A stretch of DNA of 64,000 nt from an uncultured Acidobacteriota bacterium (GTDB lineage Bacteria > Acidobacteriota > Blastocatellia > RBC074): positions 2,144,001-2,208,000 of the forward strand of contig CAWCKY010000006.1 in assembly GCA_963796275.1 (NCBI GenBank), read 5' to 3'. Numbering within the stretch: position 1 is the stretch's first letter; each line of letters opens with the position of its first letter. Positions 11,058 through 20,340 of the stretch are shown here, in pieces. A program made the position numbers and the translations under genes. The notes below the pieces were generated by a model. That model made no database searches. It was given only the letters and a program-made list of their open reading frames with translations, and was not told the DNA's origin.

Positions 11058-12563
11058 TCAGGTTTGACGGCCGAGTTCGTAAAGAAACTCGACGTACGAA
11101 CGCGTCGCGCCGTCAAGCCCCTGCACTTTGGGATTGGCCGATTCGATAACGTAGAATTCATCCGGCGCGTGCGCTCCGCCGCCGTGGCCCAAACCGAAAT
11201 GTCCCGCGGGCAGCCGCAGCGGATCGCCGGTGAAGACATACCCGGGCCATGAGCCAGCTAGCCGCGGCATGATGATCGGATCGATTCCCGCCCGCCGATA
11301 TACGGCCGCCTGCGCTCGCACCAGTCCAGAGTCCGCGGCCGTGCTGGTGGGGTCATATCCGCCCGTCATATTCACTTCAATGTCGCCGAAGCCGTGTTTT
11401 GCCAGATGCGCTTTGAGCGCTGAGAGCGCTTCAGCCGCGGTCATATCCGGCACTAACCGCAGATCCAGCTTCGCCACCGCTTTATGAGGCAGAATGGTCT
11501 TGCCTCCCGGACCGGTATAGCCGCCGACCAGACCTTCAATATTGACTGTCGGCTTGGAGACCAACATTTCGAGCGATTCGCGCCAGCTCACATCGCGGAT
11601 CCAGCGATCCACGCCGAGCTGCTTCTTCGTCGCCGCTTCGTCGATCCGGCCCGCAGCCACGGCGATCATTTTCTTCTCCGCATCCGAAAGCGGGCGCGCC
11701 TTGTCGGCGAAGCGTTCAATCGCGGGAGTATTTCCGTCGGCCGAGACGAGCGTGTTGAGCGCCTTCACGAGATGCCATGCCGGACTATCCAATCGGGCCT
11801 TGTTGCTTGAGTGAGTATCACGCTTCGGGCCACGCCCCCAGCGCTCGCCGGTTGCCACCAGCTCGAGCTCTATAATCCCTTTTGCGCCCAGATTGATGGT
11901 GACTTCGCCTTTCGGATCCTGTGATGGAAAAGGCATGAACACGCCGCTACAGCGCTTAAACGCTGAGAGAACTTCAGGCCGCTTGATCACCTGCAGAAAA
12001 TGCGGCGATCCGATCTCTTCCTCTCCTTCCGCCACAAACACCAGATTGACCGGCAGCTTCTTGCCCGCGCCGCGGATGGCATTGAGCGCAGCCAGGAAGG
12101 TGGCTTCCGGCCCTTTCTGATTGACGGCCCCCCGTCCGATCATCACTTTGCCGAGGCCCGGTTTATCAACCAGCGCCGCTTCAAAAGGTGGAGATGACCA
12201 CTCGGCGGGATCGACCTGCTTCACGTCATACATAAAGTAAATGCCCAGCGTGGCCGGAGCGCCTGCGTCCAACGTGGCAAATATCCCCGGTTGTCCATCG
12301 GTCGGTATTTTAGCCACCTGAGAGAACCCTGCTTCGCGCAGCATTTCCATAGTCATATCACAACCCTCTGTCATGCCGCGGTTCTCGGCTGCGATCGAAG
12401 GCTGCCGGATCCATTGTTGGAGGCGCCGCACGGTCTCATCATGCCGTTTTTCAATCTGCGACCATATCGGCTGCATTTCGGAATCATCTGCTTGCTTATG
12501 CTGCGGCATCGTGACGGATACTGCGCCAAGGGCAGCGGTTTTAACAAAGTCTCTTCGATTCAT
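11058..12563 (-). CDS. Tat-exported M20/M25/M40 family metallo-hydrolase
   Basis: Tat motif MNRRDFVK. Motifs YFMYDVKQ, GRGAVNQKGP, EGEEEIGS and GAHAPDE. Confidence 0.88.
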   Translation of the reverse strand: MNRRDFVKTAALGAVSVTMPQHKQADDSEMQPIWSQIEKRHDETVRRLQQWIRQPSIAAENRGMTEGCDMTMEMLREAGFSQVAKIPTDGQPGIFATLDAGAPATLGIYFMYDVKQVDPAEWSSPPFEAALVDKPGLGKVMIGRGAVNQKGPEATFLAALNAIRGAGKKLPVNLVFVAEGEEEIGSPHFLQVIKRPEVLSAFKRCSGVFMPFPSQDPKGEVTINLGAKGIIELELVATGERWGRGPKRDTHSSNKARLDSPAWHLVKALNTLVSADGNTPAIERFADKARPLSDAEKKMIAVAAGRIDEAATKKQLGVDRWIRDVSWRESLEMLVSKPTVNIEGLVGGYTGPGGKTILPHKAVAKLDLRLVPDMTAAEALSALKAHLAKHGFGDIEVNMTGGYDPTSTAADSGLVRAQAAVYRRAGIDPIIMPRLAGSWPGYVFTGDPLRLPAGHFGLGHGGGAHAPDEFYVIESANPKVQGLDGATRSYVEFLYELGRQT

Positions 12564-12880
12564 AGGATTTTAGCTTCCTCATCAGAAATGGTCTTCAGTT
12601 TATAGTTATTGTCTCCGGTACCAGCAAACTGGATATGGGAACGGTAACCATTCCAGCAACGGCTCCTGATAGCTTCAATTTGCGATGCTCTGAAGCGGGC
12701 GCATCGCTCACCTGGCGGTCGGACCAGCATGCTCGGCATTAAACTTGAAAATGGCAATTGCTTCCGTCAAATTTTTTGCCGCATCGAGTATTATCCCGGT
12801 GTTTTGCTGAATGTCCTGGATATATGACATTCTTAATACGATATACACATATATACAACATATATAAGATATTTAATGAT

Positions 12881-13666
12881 ATGAAACCTCAATATCTCCA
12901 CAACGCAGCCGCCGTGCTATGGCAGAACTGGGTCCAATCTACGCGCATTGACGAACTGCCGGCGCCTTGCCGGCCCGACGATCGCGCCGCGGGATATGCA
13001 ATTCAGGCAGAACTTGCCAGGCTGTCCGGGCAAGCCGTAGTCGGTTGGAAGATCGCTGCGACCAGTCTGGCCGGGCAATCGCACATTGGCGTGGATGGAC
13101 CTCTTGCGGGACGATTGCTGTCCCAACGAGTCCTGGCGGGCGGCGCCCATATTTCTCTCGCCGGCAATCTGATGCGCGTCGCCGAAGCAGAATTCGCATT
13201 CCGCTTCGGCAAGTCTCTGCCCAAAAGGGAAGCACCTTATCTGATTGAAGAGGTCCTCAAGGCAGTCGAATCGCTGCATCCGTCGATCGAGGTCCCCGAC
13301 TCGCGCTATCACGATTTTTCCAGAGTTGGCGCGCCTCAGTTGATCGCCGATAATGCCTGCGCCTGCTGGTTCATTTTAGGAGCAGCTGCCAGCGCGGATT
13401 GGCGTGAACAGAATCTCCAGAAGCATAAAGTTATGGCCTACCGCAACGGTATGCCGGCCGCCGAGGGCATCGGCGCCAACGTACTCGGTGATCCACGCAT
13501 AGCATTGACCTGGATTGCTAATGAGTTGCGCGAGTTCGGCGACGGATTGCTCGCGGGGGAGGTGGTTACGACAGGTACATGTATTACTCCAATACATGTT
13601 ATGCCAAATGACCGGCTGCGTGTTGATTTTGGCGCATTTGGTATAGTAGAAGCGGTATTCGAATAA
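12881..13666 (+). CDS. 2-keto-4-pentenoate hydratase / fumarylacetoacetate hydrolase family
   Basis: GYAIQ, VVGWKIAATS, VAEAEFAF, IEVPDSRY, LIADNA, ANVLGDP, GEVVTTGTC. Start chosen at ATG 12881. Confidence 0.87.
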   Translation: MKPQYLHNAAAVLWQNWVQSTRIDELPAPCRPDDRAAGYAIQAELARLSGQAVVGWKIAATSLAGQSHIGVDGPLAGRLLSQRVLAGGAHISLAGNLMRVAEAEFAFRFGKSLPKREAPYLIEEVLKAVESLHPSIEVPDSRYHDFSRVGAPQLIADNACACWFILGAAASADWREQNLQKHKVMAYRNGMPAAEGIGANVLGDPRIALTWIANELREFGDGLLAGEVVTTGTCITPIHVMPNDRLRVDFGAFGIVEAVFE

Positions 13667-14088
13667 ATTGGCGACATCAAAATGAAGTAGCAAGTGAATG
13701 GCAATGATTATTTATTGCCTGATGAGTGTAGGTATTGTAATATTATCATTGTAGTAATTTTTACAGTGCGCTCTTACTGATTTTGACCCTCAAACAGAAC
13801 AAACCCCCGAAAACATAGCTCCGGTAATCTGTTACTTATACTTAGCGCGTCCCGCAATCCTACTCTGACCTTGCAGAGGAGGGAGGTCGAAGAGCGGCGA
13901 TATCAGTTGGGAAATCCAGCTACGAAGCGACCGCTGTATAGATAGGTAGTAAGTATGCTTTCTATAGAACAAAAATGATCTCGGATTGTGGCCCTAACGG
14001 ATAAATTCACGCGCGGTTCTTATAAACCCAATTTCACTGCTCCGGGCAATAATGCCTGGGGTTTTCACCTTAACTGGAGGACAAATAC

Positions 14089-15510
14089 GTGAAACATATC
14101 AAATCCATAGTCTTCGGCTTATGCCTGTTGACGATTTTCTCCATCCCCGCATTAGCCCAACAAAAAACACTATATGAGCGCCTGGGCGGCAAAGACGCGA
14201 TCTCAGCGGTGGTTGATGACTTCGCCGGGAACGTGCTCGGTGATCCTCGCATCAACAAGAAATTCGCCAGGACCGATCCGGCGCGTCTGCTCGCCAACCT
14301 CAAAGATTTCGTCTGCTTCGCGACTGGTGGCCCGTGCCAGTATACCGGTCTCGATATGAAGACATCTCACAAGAATATGGCGACAACGGCGGGCGAGTTT
14401 AATGCTCTGGTCGAAGACCTGGTCAAGACTCTGGATAAGTTCAAAGTTCCGGATAAAGAGAAGAATGAGCTGCTCGGCGCGTTGGCTGCGTTGAAGGGTG
14501 ACATCGTAGAGAACCCGTCGAATGCGACCGGAACGGAACTGCCCGCCAACTTTAGTCCCGCTCCGCCACTGGGAGCAAAAGCTGCTGCTCCTGTCGCGTC
14601 CACCCAGTCAAAAACACTATTCGATCGCCTGGGCGGCAAAGACGCGATCTCCGCGGTGGTTGATGACTTCGCCAGTAACGTGCTAGCTGATCCTCGCATC
14701 AACAAGAAATTCGCCAGGACCGATCCGAACCGCCTGCTCATCAACCTCAAAGATTTCGTCTGCTTCGCGACTGGTGGCCCGTGCAAATATACCGGTCTCG
14801 ACATGAAGACATCTCATAAGAATATGGGGACAACGGCAGGCGAGTTCAGCGCTCTGGTCGAAGACCTGATCAAGACTCTGACTAAGTTCAAAGTTCCGGA
14901 AAAAGAGAAGGGTGAGCTGCTCGGCGCGTTGGCTGCGTTGAGGGGCGACATCGTCGAGAACGAATCGATCTTTACCGGCACGGAACTGCCCGCCAGCTTT
15001 AACCCCGCTCCGCCACTGGGAGGAGCTCCAACCGCTTCCGCCGCGTCAAAAAACGGAACGCTCTATGATCGTCTCGGTGGGATGCCGGCAATCTCAGCGG
15101 TAGTTGATGACTTCGCCAAGAACGTGCTCGGCGACGCTCGCATCAACAAAAAATTCGCCAGAAGCGACGCGACGCGACTGGTCTCCAATCTCAAAGATTT
15201 CGTGTGCAGCGCTACGGGCGGCCCCTGCCAGTACAATGGTCTGAGCATGAAAAAATCGCATGACAAGATGCGTGTTACGGGCGGCGAGTTCAACGCTCTG
15301 GTCGAAGACCTGGTCAAGTCTCTCGACAAATTCCGGGTCGGGGAAAGAGAGAAGAATGAACTGCTCAGCGCGTTGGCCGGGTTGAAGGGCGACATCGTCA
15401 AGGAGAAGTACGACACGTCCGAGACCGGCACGGAACTGCCCAAGGGCTTCAAACCTGCTCCGCCAATCGGAGTCACAAAAGGTTCGAAGGCGATGAAGAA
15501 GAAGAACTAA
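14089..15510 (+). CDS. Secreted protein with three tandem group-1 truncated haemoglobin (2/2 globin, GlbN-like) domains
   Basis: GTG start after a GGAGG RBS and a Sec signal ending in ALA|QQ. Three copies of TL(Y/F)x[13 protein letters not shown]...D.RINKKF...FVC.ATGGPC.Y.G..MK.SH..M....GEF.ALVEDL...L.KF.V...EK.ELL. Confidence 0.92.
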   Translation: MKHIKSIVFGLCLLTIFSIPALAQQKTLYERLGGKDAISAVVDDFAGNVLGDPRINKKFARTDPARLLANLKDFVCFATGGPCQYTGLDMKTSHKNMATTAGEFNALVEDLVKTLDKFKVPDKEKNELLGALAALKGDIVENPSNATGTELPANFSPAPPLGAKAAAPVASTQSKTLFDRLGGKDAISAVVDDFASNVLADPRINKKFARTDPNRLLINLKDFVCFATGGPCKYTGLDMKTSHKNMGTTAGEFSALVEDLIKTLTKFKVPEKEKGELLGALAALRGDIVENESIFTGTELPASFNPAPPLGGAPTASAASKNGTLYDRLGGMPAISAVVDDFAKNVLGDARINKKFARSDATRLVSNLKDFVCSATGGPCQYNGLSMKKSHDKMRVTGGEFNALVEDLVKSLDKFRVGEREKNELLSALAGLKGDIVKEKYDTSETGTELPKGFKPAPPIGVTKGSKAMKKKN

Positions 15511-15515
15511 GTATA

Positions 15516-15750
15516 GCCGGAGCTGCCTTACCGCAGATAATCCGGGTCGCGACAACGCATTTGCTGTGTCGTGTGCGGCAGACTCGGATTCCGGCGCAAC
15601 TCGCTAACCGGGTTAATGCCGAATTAACCGGCCGTATTCATACAGCCGGTTAAGGCGGCATAATCCGGTTCGAGCCGTTTTTGCGCTAATGCCAGAAACG
15701 GTTTGCGCCTTTGCCGCCCTTGTTCGGATGTAACGAGGCCCGGCGGGGAG
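15516..15750. other. Multi-hairpin structured intergenic segment (candidate ncRNA, 3' UTR or terminator block)
   Basis: Nested complementary arms: AACCGG/CCGGTT (15606/15665), ATGCCG/CGGCAT (15616/15656), TTAACCGGC/GCCGGTTAA (15624/15645), GCCGGA/TCCGGC (15516/15590), GGCGCAA/TTGCGCC and CCGTTTTTG/CAGAAACGG. Confidence 0.45.
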
Positions 15751-15799
15751 TAGTGTTTCCTTTCCCAGGTTCTGGGTGATCGTCGCCTATGCCGCGCAT

Positions 15800-17332
15800 T
15801 CATCTGGAATTATTTTTTGTACAGGTGAAATTCTCCGCCTTGCTGCTATCGCCGCTGCCCTTATATTTCGCCACTTCGGGATACGCGCAATGCGGCCGGG
15901 TGAACGCTGTTGAGCCTTTCTCGATACGCGAACCTGCCAGCGCGCCAGGAGCGATGCCTCTCTCCACCCAATCCACCAGGGGCGCAAACCAATCGACGCG
16001 ATCGCAGCCCACGCCGCCCGCGCAATGGAACATGCCGGGAACCATGTAGAGCTTATAGAATTCCTTCGTCTGTTTTTCACCCATCCTCTTAAGCACAGAC
16101 TCGTAATAGTCCACCGACATTTGCGGATTGACGAGAGCATCGGCCCAGCCATGATAGTGAATGATTTTTCCGCCACGTTTTCTGACTTTGGTCATATCGG
16201 GATCGATCGCGTCTATCATCGCGGAAATGCGGGCGAGCCTGGCCGGATCGGTGTCGAAGTTGAATGATTTGTAACTCCAATCCGGGCCGAGCGGTGGCCT
16301 GGCCATGAACCGCATGAAGGTTTCGCCGAATATCAATCCCACGCCCGGCTCCGCTCCGATGCTTCCGATCCACGCGCTGCGGCCGCCGGGCGGTGCGATC
16401 TCTGCGCCCACGGGCTGCCCCGGATAGAGGGGCTTGCCGGCGGAAGTTCTGACGCCGCCGTAGACCTTCTTCAGACCGTCGATTTGACCATTCGTGAAGC
16501 AGTCCTTTCCCTCTTTGTCATCGGTGCATTTCGGCAGATCGGCCGCCGGATCGAAACGGCAGCGGCGCGGGTCTGCGATCAGGCCGTCTTTCAGGCCATC
16601 CACTTCGTCGCATTTGTTATAAACCGCCGCAGCTAGCAGGGGCAGCTTCTCGACCGCGATCCGCCCCGGTTCACTCGTCACCGCCTGCGCGTTCCAGATG
16701 CCCCGCATCTGCTCGCCGGAAATCTTCAGTACCGGGGCGCCGATGATATATCCGTCGAAGTCTTCGGGATAGCGTTGGGCTTCCATCAATCCTTGCCGTC
16801 CGCCAGTCGAGCAGCCCACCCAGTAGGAATACTTCGGTTCGCTGCCGTAATATGCCTTGATGATCTGCCTGGCCAGCGCGGCAGTGTTGTGGACGGCGAG
16901 ATAGGCATAATCGAGCAACTTCCTTTCGGCGTGCTGATTGTTGGGGCCCGGATTGGCAAATGTCGCCAGCGGCTCTTTCGCCGCGTCGTGGCCGGTGTCG
17001 GTCGAGGCCGTGGCGTAGCCTTTCTGCAGCCCTGTATTCATCGGACCGTGGCTGATCTGTCCGGCGTAACCGCCGCCTCCCACCATATAAAAGCGGTTAT
17101 TCCAGTTGGCGGGAAGCTTGACGGCAAATTTCGCTTCTGGCCAGATCGTGCCGCGCACGTCGCAGTGCTCAGGCGCGTTCGCGTTCGCGGCGACCAGCCT
17201 GGCCGATTCGATCTTCACTTCTGAACCGAATGATTTGGCGGCGAGCGCGGAACAGCCCGCCCCATCGGCGCGGCTTGAGGCAGCGCGTGAAGCTAACAGC
17301 ATCAGAATGATGAAAATAACGCGAGTGTTCAT
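15800..17332 (-). CDS. Secreted tannase/feruloyl esterase family alpha/beta hydrolase
   Basis: Signal peptide, WNNRFYMVGGGG, STDTGH, nucleophile motif GCSTGGRQG, HGWADALV, PGMFHCAGG and RPHCAYP. Confidence 0.92.
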   Translation of the reverse strand: MNTRVIFIILMLLASRAASSRADGAGCSALAAKSFGSEVKIESARLVAANANAPEHCDVRGTIWPEAKFAVKLPANWNNRFYMVGGGGYAGQISHGPMNTGLQKGYATASTDTGHDAAKEPLATFANPGPNNQHAERKLLDYAYLAVHNTAALARQIIKAYYGSEPKYSYWVGCSTGGRQGLMEAQRYPEDFDGYIIGAPVLKISGEQMRGIWNAQAVTSEPGRIAVEKLPLLAAAVYNKCDEVDGLKDGLIADPRRCRFDPAADLPKCTDDKEGKDCFTNGQIDGLKKVYGGVRTSAGKPLYPGQPVGAEIAPPGGRSAWIGSIGAEPGVGLIFGETFMRFMARPPLGPDWSYKSFNFDTDPARLARISAMIDAIDPDMTKVRKRGGKIIHYHGWADALVNPQMSVDYYESVLKRMGEKQTKEFYKLYMVPGMFHCAGGVGCDRVDWFAPLVDWVERGIAPGALAGSRIEKGSTAFTRPHCAYPEVAKYKGSGDSSKAENFTCTKNNSR

Positions 17333-17619
17333 GTTCACCTCTATAGCAGGCTCAGCGGCATCGAGTGAAGCGCCGGATGAGCGGGATGTGCCGTGCGCGT
17401 TGATGCTGTCACCTTAAGCCGGTCCCGACGTCGCCAGCTGGACCAGCGACAGCTGCCAACTGTAGGTCCGCGTCGCGGGCACGTGGGATTAATCTTTAGG
17501 TCTTTTGGTTCAACATCGCGCACGAGCGATTGCCTGATTGTTCCGGATCATACATGCCCATCGAGTTTCTTACAAAGGATGAGGCAATGGCGATATCTTC
17601 CGTGGACGTGTGATGCCGT

Positions 17620-17692
17620 TTATATGCTGCTCCTCCGGAGCTGGGCGCTATTACGAAAAAAATCTATAGACTTATCGCGCCTCTGGCGTTCC
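17620..17692. repeat. Partial copy of the GCTCCGGAGGAGC palindromic element
   Basis: TATATGCTGCTCCTCCGGAGCT...TCTATAGACTTATCGCGCCTCTGGCG resembles 9370-9440. Confidence 0.55.
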
Positions 17693-18161
17693 CGAATAAA
17701 CGAATCTCCAGCAGCATCAGCAAGTCCCTGCTCCCGCCGAAAGTATGGTTAGTGAGAGTGGCGATGATGTACCATATGGCGCCCGCGTCAGACGATCATA
17801 ATCTACCTGATAAATGAGCGGACGGATGACATGAGACTTGTCTTTGGTATGCATTTAGTGCATAAACGTGTGGTACCCAACTCCTCGAATCAAGCTTATC
17901 ATTCCACCTTCCTTGGGGGTGGCTATTGCATTACTAAAAAGATATAGATCATGGTGTGCGTGTAATCTGGTCTTGGATCGGGCGCGAGGCGATATCGATT
18001 TTCCAACCGAATGTGCCGATTTCGTGTGGGACGGGTGGTGTGGTGAGCCGGAAGCATGACCCGTATGCGAGCGAGACGGGCGAGATGACGCTGGCTTTGA
18101 TCATCGAACGAACTGAATCGAAAGATTCGGCGGTTGAATCAATGATCCCACAGGAGCAAGT

Positions 18162-19229
18162 ATGAAAAGACAGACCATCTTACTGTTGCTCGCGGCGCTT
18201 ATCATGTGTGCCGCGGCCTTCGCCGTTTTCTCGTATGTGAAGAACGGGCGGAGAACGGTCACGATGAGTGACGAGCTGTATGAGATAGCGGCCACCGATT
18301 ATTACCCCACGTTCTCGCGCGCGCACCCTGTGCTCAAACGCGTGCGTCCGGGCGATACGGTCGTCACCAAAACGATTGACGCCGGCGGCCAGGACGAGAG
18401 CGGTGTCCGCCGCGCCTTTGTCAGCAACCCGCTCACCGGGCCTTTTTACATTGAGGGCGCCGAGCCGAACGATGCCCTCATCGTCCGCTTCACTAAGGTG
18501 AAGATGAATCGCTCGTGGGGCTGGACCACCTACCGACTCGGCTTGTTTTCATTGACGCCCGAATCTATCGAAAGTCCCTATACCTATCCGAACCGTTACA
18601 AAGAAGATCTGGTACATCTCGGGCGATCCAATCTGGTGCGATGGGAAATCGATCTTGAAAACCAGACCGTGCGGTTGAAGGAACCCGCGAGCCAGGTCAT
18701 CAAGCTGGAGTTTCCTGCCAGACCGATGGTGGGTTGCGTGGGCGTTGCTCCGGACGGCGACTTCGCTCCGACTTCCGGTCCCTCGGGGAACTACGGCGGC
18801 AATCTCGATTACAACGAGATAGTCGAGGGCTCTGTCGTGATGTTACCGGTTTATCATCCCGGTGCGCTGCTTTTCATCGGTGACGGGCATGCGCTCCAGG
18901 CCGACGGAGAACCGACGGGCACGGGGATCGAAACCTCGATGGACGTCGAGTTCACGGTGGACGTTCGCAAGAAGGCCAGACTGACAGGCCCGCGCGTCGA
19001 AACCGGCGAATATATCATCAGCATCGGCAGCCAGCCGGAATTCGTCAGCACGCTCGATCGCGCCTTGAAAATAGCGACGAGCGATATGGTGAGCTGGTTG
19101 GTGACGGACTATAAACTGGAGCCCTGGGCGGCCCACTTGCTCATCGGCTACCAGGGCGAATACGACGTGGTGACAGCCGCCGGGTCGATGGCGCTGAAGA
19201 TTCACAAGAAGTACCTGCCACCTCGGTAA
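18162..19229 (+). CDS. Acetamidase/formamidase family protein with N-terminal signal or anchor
   Basis: HPVL.RVRPGDTVVTKTIDAGG, NPLTGPFYIEGAEP.D.L, YGGNLDY, GDGHALQADGE.TGTGIETS. Confidence 0.88.
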   Translation: MKRQTILLLLAALIMCAAAFAVFSYVKNGRRTVTMSDELYEIAATDYYPTFSRAHPVLKRVRPGDTVVTKTIDAGGQDESGVRRAFVSNPLTGPFYIEGAEPNDALIVRFTKVKMNRSWGWTTYRLGLFSLTPESIESPYTYPNRYKEDLVHLGRSNLVRWEIDLENQTVRLKEPASQVIKLEFPARPMVGCVGVAPDGDFAPTSGPSGNYGGNLDYNEIVEGSVVMLPVYHPGALLFIGDGHALQADGEPTGTGIETSMDVEFTVDVRKKARLTGPRVETGEYIISIGSQPEFVSTLDRALKIATSDMVSWLVTDYKLEPWAAHLLIGYQGEYDVVTAAGSMALKIHKKYLPPR

Positions 19230-19310
19230 TCGGTAGTCGGTAGTCGGTTCGCAGGGTAAGGATGCATCTGGGCTAAAACCGACAACCGACAACCGGCAAC
19301 CGACAACCGA
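19223..19310. repeat. Inverted pair of 7-bp tandem repeats
   Basis: About four TCGGTA(A/G)-type units at 19223-19249 face about five AACCG(A/G)C units at 19277-19310. Confidence 0.75.
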
Positions 19311-19324
19311 TTAAGGAGACATCA

Positions 19325-20242
19325 ATGATGAAAACGAGGACTTTGCGAGCGGCTGTCGGCGTCGCGACCTGTCTGGCGATCTGGCTGTTGGTGTTTACTC
19401 AAGCGATGGCGCAGTATCAGGCCTCGCCCTCGGCTACGGCGCAGGCGATTACCGAGAATCCGGTGAAGAAAGCTTTGAAAGAGGGGAAGGTCGTGATCGG
19501 CGCAACCGTGACGGCGGCCAATCCGGATGTCGCGGCAACGCTGGCCGGCGTGGGGTTCGATTTCTTATGGATCGAAATGGAGCACAGCCCGTTGACGCTC
19601 GAAACCGTGCGATCCATGATTTTGACCACCCGCGGCCTGAAAGCTATGCCTTTCACGCGGGTGCCGGTAAATGAACCGTGGATGGCTAAACGAGCGCTCG
19701 ACATAGGCAGCCTCGGTGTGATCTTCCCGTTCACCAGCTCGCGCGAATTGGCCGAACAGGCGGTGAAATCCTGCAAGTATCCGCCGCAAGGCATACGCGG
19801 CTACGGCCCGACGATGGCTGCGTCGCGTTGGGGAATGAGCGGGAGCGATTATGCGAAGTTCGCCAATGAGAATGTTCTGGTGGTGGTCATCATCGAACAG
19901 AAGCAGGCTATTGATAATATCGATGAGATAGCTTCCGTGCCGGGCATCGACGTGCTGTTCATCGGCGCCAACGACCTGTCGTACTCGCTGGGCGTGGGCG
20001 GCAAGACGAATGACCCGATGGTCGAAGCGGCAGTGAGCAAAGTCCTCGCTGCGGGTAAAAAGCATAACGTGCCGGTGGGCTACCCGGCGGGCAACCCCAC
20101 CGAGATCAACAAACGCATCGCGCAAGGCTTCCGCTTTTTTCAGGCCCCCAGCGATTTGAATCTAATGGCGGCCGGCGCCCGCGATCTGCTCTCCCGCATA
20201 CAGCGGGAAGAGGGCGGGGCATCGAAATCAGATTCCAAGTAA
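19325..20242 (+). CDS. HpcH/HpaI class II aldolase family protein with Sec-type signal peptide
   Basis: GFDFLWIEMEHSP, KRALDIG, KYPPQGIRG, IIEQKQAIDNIDEIASVPGIDVLFIGANDLS. N-terminus has a hydrophobic stretch ending AMA|Q. Confidence 0.9.
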   Translation: MMKTRTLRAAVGVATCLAIWLLVFTQAMAQYQASPSATAQAITENPVKKALKEGKVVIGATVTAANPDVAATLAGVGFDFLWIEMEHSPLTLETVRSMILTTRGLKAMPFTRVPVNEPWMAKRALDIGSLGVIFPFTSSRELAEQAVKSCKYPPQGIRGYGPTMAASRWGMSGSDYAKFANENVLVVVIIEQKQAIDNIDEIASVPGIDVLFIGANDLSYSLGVGGKTNDPMVEAAVSKVLAAGKKHNVPVGYPAGNPTEINKRIAQGFRFFQAPSDLNLMAAGARDLLSRIQREEGGASKSDSK

Positions 20243-20340
20243 TAATAACGATCTGCCCCACCGCAACCCGCCTCAATGCTTTATTCGGGGTTGCAGAATT
20301 CGCGAAAACTTTATAAAAAATTTCCGGAGCCCAGCTCAAT

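Noticed and set aside
12595-12760. Possible gene remnant upstream of the M20 peptidase (minus frame ending VAGMVTVPISSLLVPETITIN)
   Set aside because: Too short, and no family is recognisable.
17912-17932. Sigma-54 promoter upstream of the acetamidase gene
   Set aside because: Only GG-N10-GC with TTGCA matches. The TGGCAC element is absent.
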